Below are positions 1 to 11,157 of a stretch of 64,000 nt of DNA, piece after piece. This stretch comes from the human T2T-CHM13v2.0 reference genome, Homo sapiens. Position 1 is the stretch's first letter; each line of letters starts with the position of its first letter. The notes below the pieces were generated by a model, which saw only the letters and a list, made by a program, of their open reading frames with translations, did not search any database and was not told where the DNA came from. The stretch lies in NCBI RefSeq assembly GCF_009914755.1, contig NC_060936.1; one strand, written 5' to 3'. A program made the translations under genes and the position numbers.

Positions 1-19
1 GCAGACCCACTTCAACAAC

Positions 20-445
20 CAGAACACTGTCATCCTGCCAGAAGCCCCTCGCATGCCCCTGCAGCCACTACTCTGGCTCTTATCCTCTAAGTAAACTCTA
101 ACCTGCTTTCTAATGTCGCCACCTCGTTTTCCCTGCTGTTGACCTTTGGAGTAAATGGAATCACACCAGATGTACGTGTTTTCCTAGTTCCTTTTACTTA
201 ATGGAATGTTTGTGAGATTGGTCGCATTGTTGTGTGTGGTTGTATTTTGTTCCTTCTTGTTGCTGGATAGCATTCCATTGCGTGAATATACCACAATTTA
301 TTTGTTCATTTTGCTATTTCTGGACATCTGGGTGTTTCCAGCTTCTGGCTATGACTGATAATGCTGCCATGAACCATCCTGTACGTATTTTTTGATGAAG
401 ACACTTAGGTATTTCTGTAGAGTATATACCTAGGTGTGGAAAGGG
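20..445 (-). mobile_element. L1M (L1ME/L1MB-type) 3' region fragment
   Basis: Antisense L1 3' phrases: aatggaatcacac, cattccattgcgtgaatataccacaatttattt, ggacatctgggtgtttccag, tatatacctagg. Confidence 0.75.
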
Positions 446-509
446 TCACAGAGCTCGTATACATCCTCTTTTATTTTCACTCAAGCTGCTTTATTTCTGC
501 AAAAGTGCC

Positions 510-700
510 CAGAGCATTCTTTTAAAACATGAACTTATCACATAACTACCAGTGACATCTCATGTCGCTATCCAGACATGGTCTAAAAACACACCAATTG
601 TTTTCCATTGCTTTAGGATAAGACATCAAATTCTTAGCAGGACCCACAAGCATGATCTGGCTCCTGCTGGGATCTTTGAGCTCAGCCAACACGATTATCC
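510..700 (+). mobile_element. L2 fragment
   Basis: ccattgctttaggataagacatcaaattcttagc...catgatctggctcctgc resembles the L2 3' region. Confidence 0.6.
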
Positions 701-1809
701 TCCTGGACGATGCAATTCACCTTCCTTAGTTCCCTGAACTTGGAAGGATGGGAGAGTGTCTCTATCAAGACCCCAGGATGTGATGAAATCTTTGGGATGG
801 AGGTCGGGTCTAGGGGAACTAGAAGGCTGTGGATATGAGAGAGGCACTGCTTGTTCAGGTGCAGGCATCGGGGACTCAGTGGAATTGGCTATAAATCTCT
901 TACTAAAGAGGGCTGGCGTCAGGGCATATTCCTGTGTTATTAAATAATGATACTTGGAGTATATGAAGCAGGAAGTATGTGTCCTGCCATGATGAAGATA
1001 TATTTTCAGATGCAGAATAAAAAAGGACAGGGATTGTGAGTCAGGGCTAGGTGGACACTGGGATCCCCCAGGCACACTGGGCAGTCACGACAAGTAAGCC
1101 CTGCTCCTACGCCAGTGGAAGCCAGGGCCTGTAAAGCATACGTCACAAACTCCAGGCAGAGGTGACTCATGGATCTCACCTGGATGAGTGTCTGCCACTT
1201 TCTGGCTGGACTGGCTGCAGAGGTCAACGCAGGGAGCTCTCAGGGGGCATGTGGTGGTGGCCACATCTCCCCTTGGCTGGATACAGCCTTCTTGAGGACA
1301 TGGAGGGGCCCTCACAAAGGGGACAAAGGGAGCAGTACTGGACACAGGCATTATTCAGAAACCAAGGGACACACTCTTTTGTGTTTGGCTGAATTCAGGA
1401 TAAAAATGCCTCCGCAGGCCATCTGCAGAGAAATTCCCCCACTGCCTCTTTGCAGGCACCCCGTGAGACTCCTGCCTCCAGCCAGGGCCTCCTCCAGAGG
1501 AAGACCTTACCCAGAGAAGTCTAGGGTTTGTCTCCATCTATGGAGCTGAGAAGCTTCACCTGGGGAGTCCAAGGTGCTCAACTGGCAGGTGAGTGGAAGA
1601 GAGGCTGGTTAAGGTGGGAAGACCTGAGGGAACATGGTGAGACCTTATGGCATGGCACATAGAGGGAAATGATACGTGGTCACATCCACTACTATTCTTC
1701 TCAGGGAAAGACAACAGCTGGCCAGTCCTAGTCATTTATTAGAGAGAAAGGCACATTAACACTGCAAATCTAAATCTGTATGCCCAGTGGAGAATGATAG
1801 TAATAAAAG

Positions 1810-2815
1810 CAAACGTTTAGAAAGACCCTGGGAAGAAAATGTAAAGACAAGCCACAGATTGGGAAACAATAGTTGCAAACACATATCTGATTAAAAAAAA
1901 CTAGTATAGAAAACATACAAAAATTCTTAAAACTCAACAATAAGATAACCCAATTAAACAATAGGCAAAGATTTGAACAGACATCTTACCAAAGAATATA
2001 TACAGATGGCAAATAAGCATATGGAAAGATGCTCAATGTTGTATATATCACCAGGGAATTTCAAATTAAAACAACAATGAGATGTGATTATATTCCTAGT
2101 AGAACAGCTACAATCCAAAATACTGACAACACAAAATGCTGCTGAGGATATGGAGCAACAGGAACTCGTATTCACTGCTGGTAGGAATGCAAAGTGTACA
2201 GCCACTTTGGAAGACAGTTTGGTAGTTTCTTACGAAATTAAACATATCTTGCCATTCAACCAAGCAACTGTCCTCCTTGGCATTTACCCAAATGAGCTGA
2301 AAATTTCCGCAAAAAAAAAAAAAAAAAAAAAAAAAATCTGTACGTGAATGTTTAGAGCAGCTTCATTCATAATTGCCAAAAATTGGAAGCAACCAAGATA
2401 TCCTTTAGTAGGTGAATGGATAAATAAACCGTGGTGTGCTATATAATGGAACATTATTAATTGATAAAAGGAAATGAATTGTTAAACCAAGAAAAGACAT
2501 AGAGGAACCTTAAATACATATTACCAAGTGTAAGAAGCCAGTCTGAAATGGCTATATTCTGTATTCTATATTAGATTCTGTATATATTCTGTATGACATT
2601 CTGGAAGAGGTAAAACTATAGAAACATTAAACTGATAGCTGGTTGCTAGGGGTTCAGGGGGAGGAGGGGGGAGGAATGAATAGATGGAGAAGAGGGGATT
2701 TCTAGGGCAGTGAAAATATTCTGCATTATATTATAATGGTAAATGCATGTCATTACGTATCAATCAAGACCCTAGACTGTACAACACAAAGTGAACCCTA
2801 ATTTGAGCTTTGGTA
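1810..2815 (+). mobile_element. L1MC-type ORF2 end and 3'UTR, with an internal A26 run at 2311-2336
   Basis: ORF 2084-2347 is a decayed L1 ORF2 C-terminus (LLGIYPNELK); L1MC-like end ctgtacaacacaaagtgaaccctaat. Confidence 0.85.
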
Positions 2816-2859
2816 AATAAAAAAGGACCAGTTCAGGTCTGCCCCAAAAGCTGACATTT

Positions 2860-3000
2860 ATATAGTATTTACTATTTTCCACACACTAATCTAAGTGTTT
2901 TCCACATATCGGCTTACTTAATTTTCAAGACAGCCCAATAAGGAAAGCATTATTATCATGACCTTAAGGAAATGGCCCAAGGTCAAAGCTGGGACCCAGC
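2860..3000 (-). mobile_element. MIR fragment
   Basis: ttaattttcaagacagcccaataagg...gcccaaggtca, MIR-like. Confidence 0.55.
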
Positions 3001-4567
3001 CTTTCTCCTGGGGCTGCACTTTTAGACATCGTATGACCCTGCCCTGGGTATTCTAACTCAAAAAGACCATTTGGCTCTGAAATGATGATGTGTGATCTCA
3101 GACTCTATTGCAGTGGAAGGAAGTATACTAATAACAAAGACTACATGTCTCCTTTTAAGGATTTTTTTCTTTAATTCACAAAGCTTTGTCATATTTTACG
3201 AATGTTTCATATTTGCTTTTAAAGTCTGAATACCTCACTGGAGACTTTGTTTTCCATTGTTAATTACTATTTGTCATAAAAATGGGGAGTTGGTATCAAC
3301 TCATGGCTAAAATGAAGTTGAACAGCAGGAAGCATGTGTGGTGACACGTCAGCCCCTCCTTTCCTGGCTAGAGCTCCCCAGCTCCCACCCTGAAAGTCAC
3401 TGTTGCTACTGGTATTTTGTGCATCTGCCCAGAGAGAGTCTATGCATATACCAGCACTTAACCATGTATTTTCCTCTTCTTTTAAAACATAATGGCCACC
3501 TTGGTATGTTCTGTGCTTTTCCCCTAAAAATACAGCTCAGAAATATTGCAAAATTCTTCTCAATAAGTTTCAGGATTCTAACATTCTGAAGTCGAACCTT
3601 CAAAACCATACTTTTGACAATGATAGTTAGATAAATGGAAAATGGATACCAATTTTTCTTTAGACATAAGAGATGGAGATGGAAAAGGTGGTGCTTTGAG
3701 TTATTATGAAACATCCCTCACAGCTGGGGTAGGAAGCTGCCACAGGGCAGCCTCTGCCCAGCTCTGCGGTACATGGTCTCAGGCAGCACCTGGTGACCAG
3801 GATGCATCCCTCGTCCGCCCCAGCACTCCCTTGGAGCCAGGACAGTGTGTCCATCTTTCACTGTGTGTGCCTTCTGCTGTGCTAGACTCCAGGGATGGCA
3901 CCAAGACAGCTCCAGTTTCCATTAAAATGGCACATTTTCTACAATGCCTACATTTAGTGATCAACCCGTGGGACTTTTAGAGGGCACTGAATGAAACAAT
4001 GCTACTTCCAATTAACATCAAAGCAAAACGTACCTGGCACTGCTGTTTTGATATCAAAAAAAGATCTTTAGTGAAATGCCCTTAGATTAATGGCCATGAA
4101 ATGAATTGAATTCATTGAATGTCCTGGCCATTCCAGGCAAGAGTCCAAGTCTAACAGAGTGTGTTGCCTTTGCTGTAAGAGTGTTGGATGTGGCAGGGTG
4201 CTGTAGCTCATATCAGAGGGCATCTCTCAGGCCCTGGAGGGAAGAACTTCAAGGAAAGCACAGCGTATCTATTTCGGCTGCTCAGCTACTCACATGCAGC
4301 TCATGTGTTCTTTCTCCAACAGAGGGCCTTCTACAGGGCAGATTTGATGCTCTGACAAATGGAGTGCACTTAGAAAGGCTTACCTGCCCCCGGAACAGCC
4401 TTCTCAAGAGAGGGGCAATGACATCTACGCTGCCCTTGCCTTTTAAGCATTTTCCATTGGCTGTTTCATGAGAGGAGGTGGATACCATGACTAAGAGAAT
4501 GCTGCTGAGACCACAGAAATGACAGAAAGAACTTCAGCTTATAAAGTCAAAACTTGGAAATGGTTTT

Positions 4568-4898
4568 GACTTTTTAAAATCTTTTTATAGATTTAGGGGA
4601 ATGCATGCAGTTGGATTTAGGAGTACACGTAGATATACTGTGTAGTGCTAAGTCGGTGCTATTAGTGCACATATCACCCAAATAGAGTACATATCAAAAA
4701 CACACCCACACTCAGACGTTAGCCACGGCACTATTCATAATAGCAAAGTTACAGAATCAACCTGGGTGTCCACCAGTGAATAACGGGATTAGAAATCTAG
4801 TGCGTATGGACCACAGAATACTACTCCACCATAAAAAAGAATGAAATCGTATCTTTTTCAGCAACACGGATGGAACTAGAGGCCATTATCCTAACTAA
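4568..4898 (-). mobile_element. Short L1MA/L1PB insertion with 5' inversion
   Basis: Minus-strand 3' end 4568-4692 joined to plus-strand L1 4693-4898; flanking TSD ggaaatggtttt (4556-4567) and ggaaatggtgttt (from 4899). Confidence 0.75.
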
Positions 4899-5069
4899 GG
4901 AAATGGTGTTTCTTGACCAGGCTTTATACAAAGAGACTTAGTTGCCAAACCTGAAGGTGCTAAAATTAGGAGCAACCTGAAAGCCTGAAAAAGGTAATTT
5001 GAATCAATAATATTAATCCAAATTCAGCACTAACTAGAGCTACAAACAAGACTACACAGGGTTAGTGTA

Positions 5070-5650
5070 GTTTCTTCATCCAACAAATGTCTGATGAGCA
5101 CCTCAGGGGAGTCAGGCGCTGTCCTTGGTTCTGGAGATACAGCCGTGAATGGTAGGGATGAAGTTTCTGATTTCAAGAAGCTGAAGAAAGCTTAGTCAGG
5201 GAAACAGATGTAAATTCAACTAGTGGTGGGCTCTAAGAAAAATAAAATAGGGCAACAAACTGCAAAGGTATGAGGCAGGGGGTGCTGGCAGGAGGGGAAG
5301 GAGACAGTGGAGAGAGGTGGTATTTTCACTGAGACCTGAATCTTAAGTCACGTGTCAACTGTGAAAAACCTAGGCTAAGGGTATGTAGGAAGAGGAAAAA
5401 TAAAGGGCAAGAGCAGAGAAATAATAAAAAAAAGACACTATGGCTGGAGCCAAAGTGAAAGAGAGAGGAAGTTGGAGGGGCTTGATCACATGAATCCTGG
5501 ACCATTATGGTGAGGAGGTTGTATATTATTAGAAGCACTGCATAAGACCATTAGGGTGTTTTGTGCATGAGAGTGAAATGGCTTGATTTACATTTTTAAG
5601 AAGCCACTACACCTACATGGTGAGGTACAGTCTATGGGGGCAAGAGCGAA
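5070..5650 (-). mobile_element. L2 (3' part; resumes at ~7140-7360)
   Basis: ttcatccaacaaatgtctgatgagcacct...ggagatacagccgtgaa, L2 antisense 3' end. Confidence 0.75.
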
Positions 5651-5689
5651 AGACATCAGCAGATGCTAACATTAGAGGGTCAAAGTCTG

Positions 5690-6300
5690 AGAAGGAACAG
5701 GATGCTTGCATGGTGTCAGATTAATACCATCATCAAGTGATCCAAGCTAATCTCACCAATAATTAGTCATATTGGTGCCACATCTCAACATCACACAGGG
5801 ATGTTCTTACTGGGAAAGTGTAAGTCCAGTCTAATCATGAGAAAGCACAAGATAGACCCAAACTGCGAGGCATTCCAAAATCTACCTGGCCATACTCTTC
5901 AAAAGCACGAAGGTTATGAAAAATTAGAAAAAGTTGAGGGGCTGTCCTAAATTGGAGACTTAGAAGACACAACTACTAAATGCATTGTGGGGTCCTGGAT
6001 TGGATCCTCAAACAAAAAAGGATATTAAGTGAAAAACCAGCCTGTGGTTTAGTTAATAGTATAGATAGATAAGTACAATATTCATATAATTCTCCTGGCT
6101 TTAACAATTGCATGATTGTTACATAAATTGTCAACATTAGGAAGATTGAGGTGAAAGGTACACATAAACGGTCTGTACAGTTTTTTCAAATTATTTTTTA
6201 ATTTACACACAGTGCAGTTCATTTTTTTTTGTTTCGGTATTTGTTTTACAACTTTCTATTAGTTTAGAATTGTTTCCCGGGAAAATGCTAAAGAGTAAAA
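5690..6300 (+). mobile_element. L1MC-type 3' end
   Basis: ctaatcatgagaaagcacaagatagacccaaact; aactactaaatgcattgtggggtcctggattggatcct. Confidence 0.75.
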
Positions 6301-6331
6301 TAAAAATGCTGATAAAAAACAATAAGGCTTC

Positions 6332-7065
<734 letters not shown>

Positions 7066-7139
7066 TCAAAGGAAACCAATACAGTACTACACTACACCCC
7101 GGCCACCACAGCACACAGACACAGAAAATATGTGGAGGG

Positions 7140-7360
7140 ATAAAGATGATCAAAAGCCATGGTAAGCATCCAGGACACATTTATGTTGGTGGTTTGGACA
7201 TTGGACGAGGTGTAGAGATAAAATAGTTTGATATTTTTAGAGGTGGAGTCAACAAAAACTGCAGCTAGACTGGATATTGAGGGTGAGAGAAAGGGAGGGC
7301 TCCAGAGTGAGCCTTTGGCTTTTGGCTTTAGGAAGTGGGTGGATGAAAATGGGCAGGTTG
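7140..7360 (-). mobile_element. L2 continuation
   Basis: gatatttttagaggtggagtcaaca...gagggtgagagaaagggagg. Confidence 0.65.
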
Positions 7361-7839
7361 AGGGAGAGGAGATGGATGGCAGGCTCATGGAAGCCCGCCG
7401 ATTCTGGCTCTGTTCTTCCGACGCAGCCCTAGAATGCAGTCACTCATCTCCATGGCTTCCACCACTGCTGCAGAGCGATGCTGGGTGACCCGCCAGTGTG
7501 ACTCCATGTGGCTGTCCCTAAGTTTAGATGGCTTTAGTTTAATTGTGTCCTCACTGTAAATTTAGCATGTGGGCCACACGGCCTACTGCCCTTGCAGAGC
7601 TCACCTTCCTTCCTTCCAGAGCTGAATGTGTACTGCTCATCTCTGGGCATATTGTGCACACCAGACATACCAGATGCTGTGGGGGAAAGCAAAGTGGGTG
7701 ACATAGAAGGAAAGTAAAGTGGCTTAACAGAGTTTTTCTGCTCTAGCTGGGTAAAGAGGACACACTGGAAATGTCTTCAGAGTAACATTCAACGCTTACA
7801 ACCTGGTACTACCATCAGTTTTGGCACCTGTGAATTTGC

Positions 7840-7950
7840 TGCTAGACACCATGAGCTCCTCAAAAGGAGGGACTCGCCTGATTTATCTCTGTATCTCCAG
7901 GACTTGGTATATGGCATTCAATAGAGGATCAATAGATATCTATTGAATGA
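7840..7950 (+). mobile_element. L2 3' terminus
   Basis: ctagacaccatgagctcctc...tctctgtatctccagg...caatagatatctattgaatga. Confidence 0.6.
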
Positions 7951-7964
7951 TCAAGTCAAACCCC

Positions 7965-8845
7965 AAGAGGGTAAAAACTGAGGCATCAGAAGCTCGATTC
8001 CAGAAAATTGTTCCAATCATGCTCCCTGTGAAATTGGAAGTGGAAGATTCTATTCTCCTCTGTGCTTCGTAAGACATGAATTCCTTCTCATCAAAATTTA
8101 CTTGATAATGGAGTATATGAAATAATAAATGTACCCTACATTTTCTTTTGTAGTGAGAATTATGCAAAATAGGTTTTATCAGAATTTCTGAGTTTAAATG
8201 CCTTACTTATTTGACATGAAATACTGAAGTTAACATAAAACTCATAACACATCACACCAAAGAAACATTGATGACAAACTGGTTATGGTGAATGATTGCC
8301 AGGAAAGTACGGAGTATTTAAGATTGGTCGCCTTGCATAAAAAACTTGAAAGACCCTGAAATCTTACAGCTTACATATAAGAAAGATACTTGGTAGATTT
8401 TTCTCAAATCTGAGGATAATCATAAAATATATGTAACATTAAAAATATGGAGTTATAAAGCAGAAAGGAACTTTTCTAAACTATCAATAATAAAAAATAA
8501 ATTTTTGTTGACTATGCTAACATAAAAAATGAGCTATCTTTCAGTTATTTCATGAATAAAGCAGTTATAAAATCATGGCCATGACTGTTCAAAGCCAATT
8601 TAGAAAAAGGTATTACATAGGTGGTTCAAGCTGTTACTTAATAAAGACATTGTGTTATATTTTATATATTTTATGATGCTTATAGAATTTTCCAGCTTTT
8701 GACAGTTTGTAATTAGTTGTTGATTTTTTTTTCAACCTAAATATTCGGTAATTCCGTGTACATAATTTTGTGTTTATTTTCTTAGACACGTGCCCCCAGG
8801 TCAACTGTAGAAGCTTCAACTCCCAAAGAACCTGGGTCTGCCTCC
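7965..8845 (+). mobile_element. Zaphod-like hAT-Tip100 transposon 3' part with decayed transposase
   Basis: 8460-8519 translates AERNFSKLSIIKNKFLLTML (hAT dimerisation-domain motif); end aagcttcaactcccaaagaacctgggtctgcc resembles the Zaphod terminus. Confidence 0.75.
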
Positions 8846-8968
8846 ACCACATCCTGCAGTTTCTGGGGATGCTACTCTCCTCCTCTCTGTTCTGTCTATG
8901 TGGGGTCTCCAGGGTCCATCCCAAGCCAACTCAGGAAATGATCCTTCAGTGATTTTCGCAAAGGATAC

Positions 8969-9485
8969 TGTGATGGTTGACTTTATGTGTCAACTTGACT
9001 GGGTTAAGGGATGCCAGATTCCTGGTAAAACATTATTTCTGGGTGTGTCTGTGAGGGTGTTTCTGGCACAAATTAATTTGAAGCAGTGGACTGAGTAAAC
9101 CAGATTCATCCTCCCCAGTGCGGATGGGCCTCATCCAGTCTGTTGGGAGACTGGATAGAACACAAAGATGGAGGAAAAGCTTCTCTCTCTCTCTCTCCTT
9201 TTACTGGGAAATCCATCACTGTTTCCCCTTGAACAGTGCCCCTCCTGATTCTCAGGCCTTTGGATTCAGAATGCGAGTTACACCTTCAGCTTCCCTGTTC
9301 TTGGGCCTTTGGGTTTGGACTGGAACTCCACCACCGGCTTTCCAGGTCTCCAGCTGCAGAAGGAGGATCATGGGACTTCTCAGCCTCCATAACTGTGTGA
9401 GCCAATTCCTATAATAAATCTCCCCATCTGTCTATCTATGTGCAGCCGACTGGTTCTGCTTCTCTGGAGAACCCCAACTAATACA
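8969..9485 (+). mobile_element. MLT2 (C/D-like) ERVL solo LTR
   Basis: TG...CA ends; tgtgatggttgactttatgtgtcaacttgactggg ... ctctggagaaccccaactaataca. Confidence 0.9.
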
Positions 9486-9729
9486 GGTAGCCTCATGGTG
9501 AGTTTTCCACAAATTGTTAAACTTTCTGCAGATTTACAGGGTTACAGGGAGGGCTCCGTGGCTCCCATGTGGCCTCACAACCTCTCTTTCTCCACTTCTG
9601 CCTCCTCCCTCAAAATGACAAGCCCAGAGCTCTCTTCATCTAATGAAGACTAATCTCACCCACATCCAGGACCCCCAAGACTCACCTTGAACGTAGAGGT
9701 ACTTCTATTTCCCAAAATAGGAAGCTGTA

Positions 9730-10205
9730 CCTTAATACATTTATGTGCATAAATGTTAATTGTGCAACTCAGTGAATCTTTATATCTGTGCAGCCCAGTA
9801 TCGTCTATGAGATCAAAACATGGAACATTTGAGCTCTCCTAAAATCTCTCTAGTTGCTTACTTCCATCCTTCCCCCATCCAAGTTAACCATTATTTTGGT
9901 TCCTCTCACCATAGGTCAGTTTTGCTCATCCTAGAACTTCACATAGAAGAAACTGTGCCACCTATTAGCTTTTGTTTCTGGCTTCATTGCTCAACTTCTG
10001 GCCTGTGAGATGTATCCAGGCTCTTGCCTTCAGTGTAGTTCACTCTTCTGTGTTGCTGGGTAGTATTTCATTGAATGGGCACAGAATGTGTTTGTTCACC
10101 TATTGATGGAGAATTTGAGTCATTTCCAGCTCTGGGCTATTATGAATGAATTTGCGGTGAACATCCTTGTACATAACTTTTGGTGAGTATATGCCCTCAT
10201 TTTTT
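9730..10205 (-). mobile_element. L1ME-type 3' fragment
   Basis: ctagaacttcacataga, tagtatttcattgaatgg, tttccagctctgggctattatgaat. Confidence 0.7.
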
Positions 10206-10889
10206 GGAAACTGCTTGGTCTTTGGGAAGACCTATGCATCATCCCCAGAACTTTCAAGAGCTCCCCCTCCCTCTGAGCCAACAAACTCAGTTTCCACTCT
10301 AAGAGGAATTCTGGTGCAAGCTATTAATGTAATTACATTTCCCCACCTCATTACAATTAAGCGACTGCTTCTGTAACTAATCCTAAGAGGAAGACCTGAA
10401 GAGATGGCATATTTACCTTAGGGATAAAGCCCATTCTGGCAAGGCTGGAGGGGGGATGTCTGGCTTTTATTATTGATGTTTCATGCTCTTCTGCAAGTCT
10501 GCGGAGGTGATGATGCAAATACACTCAGAAATAATGTGACATGTTCCTGGAAGTGTGTTCATTTCCAGAGGAATTATGTACTTTAATATTTGAAACATTG
10601 AGACCATCTATTAAACACACTTCTGAGATGCTATCTCCTAATAGAAATTGTGTGTGATCAGAAAGGAGAAGTTGAGGAGACATTCTGGATTCCCTCCACC
10701 CTTTCAGAATTTCACCAGAATTGGTTCAGCAGTTCTAAGCTATTTTGATGTAAGACACAATTCCCCTAGCTTGAATCTTCTTAATCGTCCTGTGATTAAG
10801 AAAAAATTTCCAACCCTGTGTAGACTAACACTTTTGTACAATACAATAAAAATATGTTTAGGTGATGTGACGATGTCGAATTACTATGA

Positions 10890-11157
10890 TTTTTTTTTTT
10901 TTTTTTTTTGAGACAGGGTCTCGCTCTGTCACCCAGGCTAGAGTGCAGTGACACAATCACAGCTCACTGCAGCCTCAACCTGCTGGGCTCAAGCTTCCTG
11001 TGTAGCTGGGACTACAGGTGTGTACAAACATGTTTGGTCAATTTTTCTTTTCTTTTTTCTTTTTTTTTTGGTATAAACGGGGTTTTGCTATGTTGCCTAG
11101 GCTGGCCTTGAACATCTGGACTCAAGCGATCCGCTCGCCTTGGCCTCCCAAAGCGCA
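10890..11157 (-). mobile_element. AluJ (5'-truncated, small internal deletion)
   Basis: Poly-T, gagacagggtctcgctctgtcacccaggct, cacagctcactgcagcctcaacc. Confidence 0.93.
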
